The notes beneath the pieces are model-generated. The model did no database searches. It was not told the DNA's origin and was given only the letters and a program-made list of their open reading frames with translations. DNA of 40,082 nt, from assembly GCA_964646305.1 (NCBI GenBank), contig CAZYDL010000001.1:1-40082 (forward strand). The letters run 5' to 3'. Source of the stretch: an uncultured Desulfobacula sp. GTDB lineage: Bacteria > Desulfobacterota > Desulfobacteria > Desulfobacterales > Desulfobacteraceae. Position 1 is the first letter of the stretch; every line of letters begins with the position of its first letter. Shown here one piece after another: positions 1 to 8,088 of the stretch. A program made the translations under genes and the position numbers.

Positions 1-34
1 GATGACCATGACTATGAAATAAGGGCCTTTATCA

Positions 35-520
35 TTGTTGTCAGATCTAAAAAAGCCTGAAAAAGTACCGGAAACTATTCAACCGGCTTATATATTCACT
101 AAGAAAATTTTCCCGCCCGCTTTTGAAATGAACATGAAATTTAAATCATCACAAACAGGAGAAATGGATATTGTTTTTTTGGGTTCAAAAAACCTTATCC
201 CCAGATATCATTTAAAGATTCAAGCGAATCATTCTGAGGATGATCCTATTGAAATTGTAAGGGAAAGCAATTCAAGGAAGTTTGTAGTGGGTGCAAGCAC
301 TAAGTTCCCTGTTATTAATGATGGTAAATTTCATACTTTAACATGGATTCGTTTAACTAACGGAGCCATGAACGTTTTAATCGATGGAGATGTTGTCCTT
401 CAGACATACGAGGCCTATTACAGAGATAATTTTACTGGTTTTGGAGTTACCAACAATGGGGGGAGCTATCAATGGGACTCCTTTGAAATATTCAAAGCTC
501 TGAAACCTCAAACAAATTGA
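35..520 (+). CDS. Hypothetical protein, beta-sandwich (ConA/LamG-like) C-terminal part; true start uncertain
   Basis: 161-aa ORF; 'INDGKFHTLTWIR...MNVLIDG' resembles LamG/ConA strands; TTG start lacks a clear RBS, so it may be the 3' part of a longer, frameshifted gene. Confidence 0.45.
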   Translation: MLSDLKKPEKVPETIQPAYIFTKKIFPPAFEMNMKFKSSQTGEMDIVFLGSKNLIPRYHLKIQANHSEDDPIEIVRESNSRKFVVGASTKFPVINDGKFHTLTWIRLTNGAMNVLIDGDVVLQTYEAYYRDNFTGFGVTNNGGSYQWDSFEIFKALKPQTN

Positions 521-1099
521 AATATTGCTTTACAAGGCCTTTAAGCTCTGAACAATGGAAGCACGATTACGCCACTTTTAAGCTGATTGGAAAGTCAAGA
601 CTACTTCCATTAATAAAAAGCTTCTCCGATCAAATTTTTTTTTAAGTATATTTTTGATATCTTTAACAATCTTGGTCTGTGAATAATCTGGACAGGGATA
701 ATTATCATTGAGTCTGATTTTTCGAGTTGTTCATGCTCTATTATAAAATTTAACGTTTAGTCCACAGGCGTGCAATCGCACATGTTCGTGTGGAACTCAA
801 ATTCATATGATATGCGGTCACAAGTTGTAATTGAATTCCGTTAGACAGTAGCAATATTTCAAAATGCCTGTAAAGAGAAATCAAAATTACACTATGGTGA
901 AATAGGTAGATAAAAGAACCAATTCTCCATTAAATTTTATCATTTCATCATCGGAATATTTTTTAAAAAAACAGTATCGAGCGGTCATGGCTAACAAATT
1001 TCCTTGAGTATCCATGCCACAAACTGTATTGTTTTTTTGGGGAAATGGTCCCCTGATGATGACTGTAATTTATAATAACTCCAACGAAAGAGTATAGAA

Positions 1100-1762
1100 A
1101 TGTCTTTAAATGATTTATTAAAAAAGCGAAATTCCGTGCGTGCCTTTATTGAAAAACCTGTCCCGGATGAACTTATAAAATCCATATTCACCTTGGCACA
1201 ATTATCACCGTCCAACTGCAATGTTCAGCCCTGGCAAATCCATGTGGTGTCCGGAAATACAAAGGATGCCTTAAAAGACAACTTGCTTAGAGCTGTGATG
1301 AGTGGCAATGAGCCAAACCCGGAGTTTGACTGGAAAGTACGCTATACAGGAACCCATCGTGACCGCCAGTATGAATCTGCAAACGCCCTGTACAGTTCGA
1401 TGAATATTGAGCGTAGCGATAAAAATTCCAGATTGATGGCCCTGGTTCGAAACTGGGAATTTTTTAATGCCCCCCATGTCGTGTTTTTTACCATGGAAAA
1501 ATATTTAAACATCATGGGAGCAGTGGATATGGGCATTTATGCCCAGACACTGGCCCTATTGCTGAGCCAAAACGGTATTGCAAGCTGTTTTCAAGGTGCC
1601 CTTGGACAATTCCCGGATCCAGTGAAAGAAATGTTAAAAATCCCAGAGGATATCGGTGTCCTCTTTGGCATGTCCTTTGGATACCCAGATAAAGAAGCAG
1701 TGGTTAATACAACCAGAACAGATCGGGCCGCCATTGAAGATTCAGTGGTCTTTTGGGATTAA
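1100..1762 (+). CDS. Nitroreductase family flavoprotein
   Basis: RNSVRAF, SPSNCNVQPW and FGMSFGYP motifs of the nitroreductase fold. Confidence 0.9.
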   Translation: MSLNDLLKKRNSVRAFIEKPVPDELIKSIFTLAQLSPSNCNVQPWQIHVVSGNTKDALKDNLLRAVMSGNEPNPEFDWKVRYTGTHRDRQYESANALYSSMNIERSDKNSRLMALVRNWEFFNAPHVVFFTMEKYLNIMGAVDMGIYAQTLALLLSQNGIASCFQGALGQFPDPVKEMLKIPEDIGVLFGMSFGYPDKEAVVNTTRTDRAAIEDSVVFWD

Positions 1763-1767
1763 CCCCT

Positions 1768-1890
1768 TGTATAACGGATTCTGTTATCAAAAATATGCTT
1801 TTGTGGCACCATTCCGGCTTCCAGGTCTATATCGGTGAAAGCATTTATAAGGTTTTATATACCGCCAAAGACAAAAATTCCCAGGGGATG
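1768..1890 (+). pseudogene. Internal fragment of an IS91-family (Y2 rolling-circle) transposase
   Basis: Translates CITDSVIKNMLLWHHSGFQVYIGESIYKVLYTAKD, resembling the W-x-H-S-G-F-x-V and KV-x-Y-x-x-K-D segments of IS91-like transposases; no start codon. Confidence 0.55.
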
Positions 1891-1908
1891 AGAAAAAACG
1901 GCAGCTAG

Positions 1909-2004
1909 TGGCCTCTGGACGCTTATGTAAAAAAACACTCAGAAGCAGATCTTACTCATACAATTTGCTTGGATTGTAAGGATCTTTACTACGGAAATCT
2001 ATAA
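1909..2004 (+). pseudogene. 3' remnant of a signalling protein with a Cys/His C-terminal motif
   Basis: WPLDAYVKKHSEADLTHTICLDCKDLYYGNL*, matching the W..E.YI..HSEA.FSH.IC..C tail common on deltaproteobacterial PAS/receiver proteins; preceded by an in-frame TAG. Confidence 0.55.
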
Positions 2005-2117
2005 TTATAGTGCTATTTTGATATTCTCATTTTAAGCGTTTTTTTTGAAATAAAAGCGAGCATTTTGTCTATACGTCCGTGGTGATGTGAAAATTTTATT
2101 GCTCCAGACTTTAGCCA

Positions 2118-2152
2118 GTTATGTAACCAGTTTTGTTTTGTTGCGTGTTACC
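2118..2152. repeat. Left-end motifs of the RIT-type element
   Basis: GTTATGTAACCAGTTTT (2118-2134) matches 6040-6056 at 16/17 as a direct repeat; TTTTGTTGCGTGTTACC (2136-2152) matches the reverse complement of 6155-6171 at 14/17. Confidence 0.6.
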
Positions 2153-2245
2153 CCGCCTGATCCCGCAGACCTCGCCCCTTTTTAAAACAATACCCCGCCA
2201 GCCTTCCGTATAGGCCGATCATAGATCTGAGGAGGTATCAGATCT

Positions 2246-2788
2246 ATGAAAAAGAAAATACGGAGACGCAGGTGCAAAAACTGTGATGATTTATTCAAGC
2301 CGGATCCCCGCAATCTAAAAAGACAAAAGTTTTGCAGAAAGCCAGAATGCAAAGAGGCCAGCAAGCGCTACAGTCAGCAAAAATGGTTGATGAAACCTAA
2401 AAATAGAGACCACTTCTCAGGTCCTGCAAATGTCATCCGTGTTCAGCTGTGGCGCCAGCAAAACTCAGGATACTGGAAGCGAAAAAAATCTAAAAAAACC
2501 ACTTCCTTAATTGAAGGTGCGTTACAAGAGGCCTTATCAATGAAGACCATTACTGGTAAAGGGTTTTCAAGTGATTTAATGCAAAATGCGTTACAAGATT
2601 CCTTATCGGCCAAAACCCTTGTCATTATTGGCTTTGATACCCAGTTAAATAAAAGTGCGTTACAAGATATCATTGATTTCACAGATCAGGGAACAGTAAA
2701 ATTGGTGCCGGATGTTCTTAAAAAACTGATTGATCAAAAAAAGGAGGCTCAATATGGGCAAATGCTTTTCTTCCCAGGAACTTTATAA
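2246..2788 (+). CDS. Basic zinc-finger hypothetical protein with three ALQ[DE] repeats, mobile-element associated
   Basis: GAGGAGG RBS; CKNC...FKPDPRN..RQKFC....C motif; ALQEALS/ALQDSLS/ALQDIID every 23 aa. Confidence 0.8.
   Translation: MKKKIRRRRCKNCDDLFKPDPRNLKRQKFCRKPECKEASKRYSQQKWLMKPKNRDHFSGPANVIRVQLWRQQNSGYWKRKKSKKTTSLIEGALQEALSMKTITGKGFSSDLMQNALQDSLSAKTLVIIGFDTQLNKSALQDIIDFTDQGTVKLVPDVLKKLIDQKKEAQYGQMLFFPGTL
2518..2667 (+). repeat. Three identical 12-mers TGCGTTACAAGA at exact 69-bp period
   Basis: Copies start at 2518, 2587 and 2656; the intervening DNA is diverged. Confidence 0.9.
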
Positions 2789-3038
2789 GTTAAGGAATTT
2801 GATACCAATAGATATTTTAATCGAAAAAGAATTGGCTATTCCATCCAAAATCAGTGAGGGCTTTTTTCGTTTTCTCTGTCCCTTGTGCAATGAATTTCAA
2901 ACAGCGGTCAATCCTAAAACCAATCTGGGCAGATGCTTCCGGTGTGAAAAAAACTTTAATACCATCGATATGGTAATGACCTGGCACAAAACAGGATTTG
3001 TTGCCAGCGTCAAATATCTGCAAACAATTTTAAAATAG
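2754..3038 (+). CDS. Stand-alone primase-type (CHC2-like) zinc-finger protein
   Basis: AGGAGG RBS before ATG 2754; FRFLCPLC...NPKTNLGRCFRC..NFNTID...F..SV..L pattern of DnaG zinc-binding domains; no TOPRIM domain. Confidence 0.75.
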   Translation: MGKCFSSQELYKLRNLIPIDILIEKELAIPSKISEGFFRFLCPLCNEFQTAVNPKTNLGRCFRCEKNFNTIDMVMTWHKTGFVASVKYLQTILK

Positions 3039-3050
3039 GATGGTCAGGGT

Positions 3051-4007
3051 ATGGAAAAAGATTCACATAAGCAACCAGTTCGATATCATAATTATCGCTG
3101 TAAAATCCCGGAGTTTTTTCAAATAAGACAAGATACATTGCCAAAAAAATTTGAACAATACCTCGATTATTATAAAAATCGCTGCCAAGAAAAAAGGATT
3201 ATCCAAGATGCAAGAAGAATACTTACGGGGTTTAATCTCTATCTCCAAAAATCAAATATTGATCTCCATAAGATATCAATTGAAAAGATCGATAGCTTCC
3301 TTGCGTATTACAATAAAAATCTTGCTCAAGGTACATGTAAACTATACCGGGCATACCTTCGGGGATTTTTAAAATATCTATATCAACAAGGCCATATTAG
3401 AAAGAATCTTGCCTCTTTTATCGTTGGACCCCCTGAATTTGCACGATCAATACCCCCTAAATTCTTACGTCCGGAAGAAGTTCAAAAACTGTTTAACAGC
3501 CTTGATTTTTCAGTTATTAGAGATCTTCGAACCTATGCAATTATTCATCTGGCTTACTATCTTGGACTTCGTCCAAAAGAAATTACTTTAATTACATTTG
3601 ATGATATCTCATTTAGACAAAAAGAAATCAGTATTAAAAGCAGGAAAACAAATACTCCAACCATATTACCTCTGCCGGAAAATACGATAAAAGCAATCAC
3701 TGCGTATATCGTAGGAGGCCGACCTGTCAGTGATCATAGACGTCTTTTTCTACAACTTATTCCACCTTATAAACCCATGGTCCGTAATGATATTACTCGT
3801 CATGTCGGTATATGTATGAAGAAAAATAATCTTCGTGCAAGTGCATATTGGTTACGTCATTCATATGCACAAAATCTTCTGGAGTCCGGGGTATCCATAT
3901 ATGGAATTAAAGAAATGATGGGTCATAAAAATATTGAATCAAGCCGTAAGTATCTCAGTATTCATATTAAGCTTATGCGAGAGGTAATAATTGATGAAAC
4001 CCTTTGA
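3051..4007 (+). CDS. Tyrosine recombinase (RitA-like)
   Basis: GLRPKE, SRK, YWLRHSYA, MGHKNIESSRKY; the first His of HxxR is replaced by Tyr. Confidence 0.9.
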   Translation: MEKDSHKQPVRYHNYRCKIPEFFQIRQDTLPKKFEQYLDYYKNRCQEKRIIQDARRILTGFNLYLQKSNIDLHKISIEKIDSFLAYYNKNLAQGTCKLYRAYLRGFLKYLYQQGHIRKNLASFIVGPPEFARSIPPKFLRPEEVQKLFNSLDFSVIRDLRTYAIIHLAYYLGLRPKEITLITFDDISFRQKEISIKSRKTNTPTILPLPENTIKAITAYIVGGRPVSDHRRLFLQLIPPYKPMVRNDITRHVGICMKKNNLRASAYWLRHSYAQNLLESGVSIYGIKEMMGHKNIESSRKYLSIHIKLMREVIIDETL

Positions 4008-4971
4008 AAGTTTTTTGGCTGAACAATTAAAAGATTATGTTGAGTATCGCATAAATACTGGTTTTGCAGTCAAGACGACAATATTTTATCTTAAAAACTT
4101 TGATCAATATGCAAAAGAAAAAAATGCAACCTGGCAATCTTTTACACCATCCTTTTTTATTGAGTACAGAGCAACACGTAATTTTGAAGCACGAACATTA
4201 AATAATATGATACCAAGCATAAGAGTCTTTTTTAAGTTTCTTATCCGCAAGGGCAAAATTTATGAAAATCCTTTACAGGATATTCCTGCATTGCCAAATA
4301 ATTCTATCGTTCCCTTTATTTTTTCACCAGAAGAAGTCGATCATTTACTTTGTGCAGCCTACAGAGACCTGCGAAAAACTGAACGATATTTTTTATGGGA
4401 TTACTGTGCCTATATCTCTATTGTTTTGATGGCCCGATGTGGATTAAGAATCTCAGAACCTGCAAGAATATTGATAACCCATTACCGGTTTGATGAAAAA
4501 ACAATCTATATTGAAAAAACCAAATTCAAAAAAGATCGGTTGATTCCAATACCGGAATCAGTAGCCTCTGAAATTAATAATTTGTTAAATGTCAAAAAGG
4601 CATTTTTCCCTGAGAATAATATCCCTTATTTATTGAGAAAAGATGAACACACAAGATTAACAAGAAATTATGTGAGTCAAAGATTTAAAAAAGCTGTCAA
4701 AGATATTAAACTTGAACAGCCAAGAAGAGTAATTGGAACAACTAATTTTCTTCCCCCAACACCGCATAGTTTAAGACATTCCTTTGCAGTGAACACATTA
4801 AAGCGAATTAAAGAAAAAGGTAGATCCCCTCAGAATGCTTTGCCTGTACTTGCTGTTTACGTGGGGCACAGTGAATATAAACACACCACTAAATATTTAA
4901 AAGTTCTGGATGCCGTGCATCGAAGGCAAATGCTTGATTTTTCAATGTCCAAAAAATATGAGGCCATATGA
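3994..4971 (+). CDS. Tyrosine recombinase (RitB-like)
   Basis: GLRISE, KTKFKKDR, PHSLRHSFAV, LPVLAVYVGH...TTKY; overlaps both neighbours. Confidence 0.92.
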   Translation: MKPFESFLAEQLKDYVEYRINTGFAVKTTIFYLKNFDQYAKEKNATWQSFTPSFFIEYRATRNFEARTLNNMIPSIRVFFKFLIRKGKIYENPLQDIPALPNNSIVPFIFSPEEVDHLLCAAYRDLRKTERYFLWDYCAYISIVLMARCGLRISEPARILITHYRFDEKTIYIEKTKFKKDRLIPIPESVASEINNLLNVKKAFFPENNIPYLLRKDEHTRLTRNYVSQRFKKAVKDIKLEQPRRVIGTTNFLPPTPHSLRHSFAVNTLKRIKEKGRSPQNALPVLAVYVGHSEYKHTTKYLKVLDAVHRRQMLDFSMSKKYEAI

Positions 4972-5987
4972 AATTATCCACATGCCTACATCAATTTTTT
5001 GATCAGTACCTGCCACAGATAAAAGGTTCCAGCGAGCAAAGTGTAAAAGCTTATCGGGAAACCTTTTCAATATTTTTGCCCTTTATGGCACAATACCATA
5101 ACGTCAAAATCAAATCTCTAAAGATAGAACATCTATCAGCCAATCTTGTTCTTTCTTTTTTGAACCATCTTGAAACTTACCGGCATAATACTGCCAGAAC
5201 CCGGAACCATAGGCTGGCAGTAATTAAATCACTGGGGAAAATGGTCCGGTTCATGTATCCTGACAAACGGCAGCTTGCTGAAAATATTTTAAATATTCCT
5301 CAAAAAAGAGCTTTAAAAAAAATAATTGGGTTTTTATACCCGAAAGAAATCAAAAAAGTTTTTAATGCGGTTGATCTCAGTAAAAAAGAAGGGATGCGAG
5401 ATTATACAATCCTGCATCTCTTATTTGACTCTGGAGCACGAGCAAGTGAAATTGCAACTTTGAACCTTGATTACTTTGATCATCAGAATAAAACCCTTGC
5501 AATCCTGGGGAAAGGAAATCGTTATCGGCTGATTAACCTTTGGCCCAAGACAGCTTCCCTTATCAAAGAATACATATTGAATTATCGTATTGATCCAAAA
5601 CCGATTTACTTTAGCAGGCTATTTGTCAATCAGCGGAAAATGGAACTCACCAGGCATGGCATAAACCGGCTTTGCAAAAAATATTTATCAAAAGCTTTGC
5701 CCCAAAAACGCCTCCAAGGCCTGAGCCCAGTCCATAGTTTTAGGCATTCATGTGCTGTGAACATGCTGGCATCAGGTTATCCGGTGTCGGATATTAAAAA
5801 CCGTCTTGGACATCGGAGTATAGAATCCACCATGGACTATCTGCAAATTGATCTGTCCGGAAAACGTGATATCCAAAAGAAATTCATTGAATATACACAG
5901 TCGAAAATAAAAAATGATAAGAAGATTGAGGAGTTAATTGATTGGGAAAATAATGAGGAGACTCTGGCTTGGCTTGATAGCCTTTAA
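4968..5987 (+). CDS. Tyrosine recombinase (RitC-like)
   Basis: ARTRNHRLAVIKS, GARASE, GKGNRYR, HSFRHSCA, LGHRSIESTMDY; ATGA overlap with the previous gene. Confidence 0.92.
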   Translation: MKLSTCLHQFFDQYLPQIKGSSEQSVKAYRETFSIFLPFMAQYHNVKIKSLKIEHLSANLVLSFLNHLETYRHNTARTRNHRLAVIKSLGKMVRFMYPDKRQLAENILNIPQKRALKKIIGFLYPKEIKKVFNAVDLSKKEGMRDYTILHLLFDSGARASEIATLNLDYFDHQNKTLAILGKGNRYRLINLWPKTASLIKEYILNYRIDPKPIYFSRLFVNQRKMELTRHGINRLCKKYLSKALPQKRLQGLSPVHSFRHSCAVNMLASGYPVSDIKNRLGHRSIESTMDYLQIDLSGKRDIQKKFIEYTQSKIKNDKKIEELIDWENNEETLAWLDSL

Positions 5988-6039
5988 ACGATTGGAACTG
6001 CCTGTACCAGACACGGTGAACTCCGCAAAGGGATAAAAT

Positions 6040-6171
6040 GTTATGTTACCAGTTTTTTTGATAATTTTTAAATTTTCTTTTAACCTACTGAATTTACAAA
6101 TAATATGAATTTACCAAAAGAAAATTGCAATTTACTTTGATTTTAACAGGTTATGGCAACTCGCAACATAA
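6040..6171. repeat. Right-end motifs of the RIT-type element
   Basis: GTTATGTTACCAGTTTT (6040-6056) and GGCAACTCGCAACATAA (6155-6171), each matching a left-end motif. Confidence 0.6.
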
Positions 6172-6483
6172 TGCCAGAAGTAAACACTTTTTGAATTTTT
6201 AAATATCTGCAAATCTTTATCAAAATTTGATCTGGTATCATTGATAATCTGGATGACTTATGACAGTCACCGTAAGGATAATTAATCTGAGTTTCAATTT
6301 TTGTGTCAATGTCTGACTTGTTTTGAGATGGCTTGAAACTCTTTTTTTGAAAATGATAGTAAATTTACGAGAAGTCTAATATCCTTTGGACAGAAAACCT
6401 GTAATCAGTTACAAGAGAAATTATGTAATAGGTAAAGCGAGCGTTATTTCATCCATGTTCCTTGCCTGATAGGAGAATGTAAA

Positions 6484-7968
6484 GTGATAGACAAATCTGT
6501 GATCATTATTGGGGGCGGGATCGGTGGCTTATCAGCAGGCTGCTATGCCCAGATGAACAGTTACCGCACCAAAATTTTCGAGATGCATGATCGTCCGGGT
6601 GGACTATGTACGTCATGGCACAGAAAAGGCTATAACATTAACGGCTGTCTCCATTTATTAATTGGTTGCGATGAAGGATCTGACTTCTATCGAGTCTGGG
6701 AAGAACTTGGTGCTGTCCAAGGGCGGAAATTTTTAAACTATGAAAATTTTGTTAATTTTGAAGGTACTGGTGGTCAAATCTTTACTCTTCATGGTAATAT
6801 CGACAAATTAGAGAAACACATGCTGAGTGTCGCTCCTGAAGACCATAAACTGATTAAAGACTTTATTGCGGGCGTGAGGGCGTGCGTTCGTTTTAAACCG
6901 CCAATTTTCAAAGCGCCTGAATTATTCGGTCCAATTGACGGTCTGAGCGCATTATTCAAAGTAGCACCCCATTTAAGATTGCTCAGAAAATGGTCTAAAA
7001 TTTCCATGCAAGATTTTGCCAAACGTTTTAAAAGCACTTTGCTGAATGAGCTTTTTTCTTACCTTTGGTTTCCCGATTCTCCAGTTTTCTTTTTTATGAT
7101 GACTCTTTCCATGCTACATGATAAGTCATCTGGTTATCCACTGGGAGGTTCGTTAGCATTCGCTCAGTCAATTGAAAACCGCTACCTCAACTTAGGAGGG
7201 AAATGCCATTATGGATCAAGAGTATCCAAAATATTGGTGGAGAATAATCGTGCAGTAGGAATCAAATTAGAGGATGGGAGTGAACAACGAGCCGATTATG
7301 TAATTTCTGCTGCTGATGGCTATAATACCATTTTTAATATGTTGGATGGCAAATACATCAATAAAAAAATCCACGGTTATTTTAAAAAGCTTCCCATTTT
7401 CCCCCCTCTAATTTACATTTCTTTAGGACTTAAACAGCCACTCGACTTGGGATCCGGTAATTCAACCGGTCTAAACTTTCCCTTAAAAAAACCCATCACC
7501 CTAGCCGGAGAGGAAATAAACCGTCTCGGCATACGTATTCACGACTTCGATCCAACTGCTGCACCTCCTGGTAAAACACTGGCAAAAATATTGATACCCT
7601 CCAATATTGCCTATTGGAATCCATTGAATGAAGATGAGAAGGAGAATATCTGTGATCAAGTGGTTTCAATACTCGACCAGCGTTTTCCTGGTTTATCCAA
7701 TACGATTGAAATGCGCGATGTATCAACTCCAATCACTTACATCCGTTATACAGGGAATTGGCAAGGGTCGCATCAGGGATGGATGCTCACACCCGAAACA
7801 AGGCTATATCGTATAAAGAAAGTGCTACCGGGACTGAATAATTTTTACATGGCGGGACATTGGGTCCAGCCAGGAGGCGGTGTGCCTTCAGCAGCATTGT
7901 CCGGACGCAATGTAACTCAATTTCTGTGTAAGCGAGACAAAAAATCTTTTGTAACTACAATTCCTTGA
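6484..7968 (+). CDS. Phytoene desaturase-family NAD(P)/FAD-dependent oxidoreductase; substrate unknown
   Basis: IIIGGGIGGLSAG Rossmann motif, PGGLCTSW, and C-terminal YMAGHWVQPGGGVP; AGGAG RBS with GTG start. Confidence 0.85.
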   Translation: MIDKSVIIIGGGIGGLSAGCYAQMNSYRTKIFEMHDRPGGLCTSWHRKGYNINGCLHLLIGCDEGSDFYRVWEELGAVQGRKFLNYENFVNFEGTGGQIFTLHGNIDKLEKHMLSVAPEDHKLIKDFIAGVRACVRFKPPIFKAPELFGPIDGLSALFKVAPHLRLLRKWSKISMQDFAKRFKSTLLNELFSYLWFPDSPVFFFMMTLSMLHDKSSGYPLGGSLAFAQSIENRYLNLGGKCHYGSRVSKILVENNRAVGIKLEDGSEQRADYVISAADGYNTIFNMLDGKYINKKIHGYFKKLPIFPPLIYISLGLKQPLDLGSGNSTGLNFPLKKPITLAGEEINRLGIRIHDFDPTAAPPGKTLAKILIPSNIAYWNPLNEDEKENICDQVVSILDQRFPGLSNTIEMRDVSTPITYIRYTGNWQGSHQGWMLTPETRLYRIKKVLPGLNNFYMAGHWVQPGGGVPSAALSGRNVTQFLCKRDKKSFVTTIP

Positions 7969-8088
7969 ACGCCCCGTTTTGATCGCCCTAACTGCAACAT
8001 ATTACGACTTTTTGCTTTTGCTGAACACCCAATTGCTTTGTGACTTTTAGGTTATCAGATCTTTATTCAGGAACTGATTCCAAAATTT

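Larger units (their letters stand above)
2118..6171 (+). mobile_element. Recombinase-in-trio (RIT)-type element with two additional zinc-finger genes
   Basis: Three adjacent co-oriented tyrosine recombinase genes, two upstream Cys-rich ORFs, and TTATGT-core direct and inverted repeats at both ends. Confidence 0.8.

Noticed and set aside
681-720. Similarity to 6243-6295 (ATAATCTGGA...GGATAATTA...TGAGT) as a target duplication
   Set aside because: Short AT-rich matches with inconsistent spacing, far from the element's left end; probably chance
2518-2667. CRISPR-like mini array
   Set aside because: Repeats are only 12 bp, in frame within a coding gene, with partly related spacers and no cas genes
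6484-7968. Carotenoid biosynthesis (crtI)
   Set aside because: No crtB/crtE or other isoprenoid genes nearby; the family is broad, so no substrate is assigned
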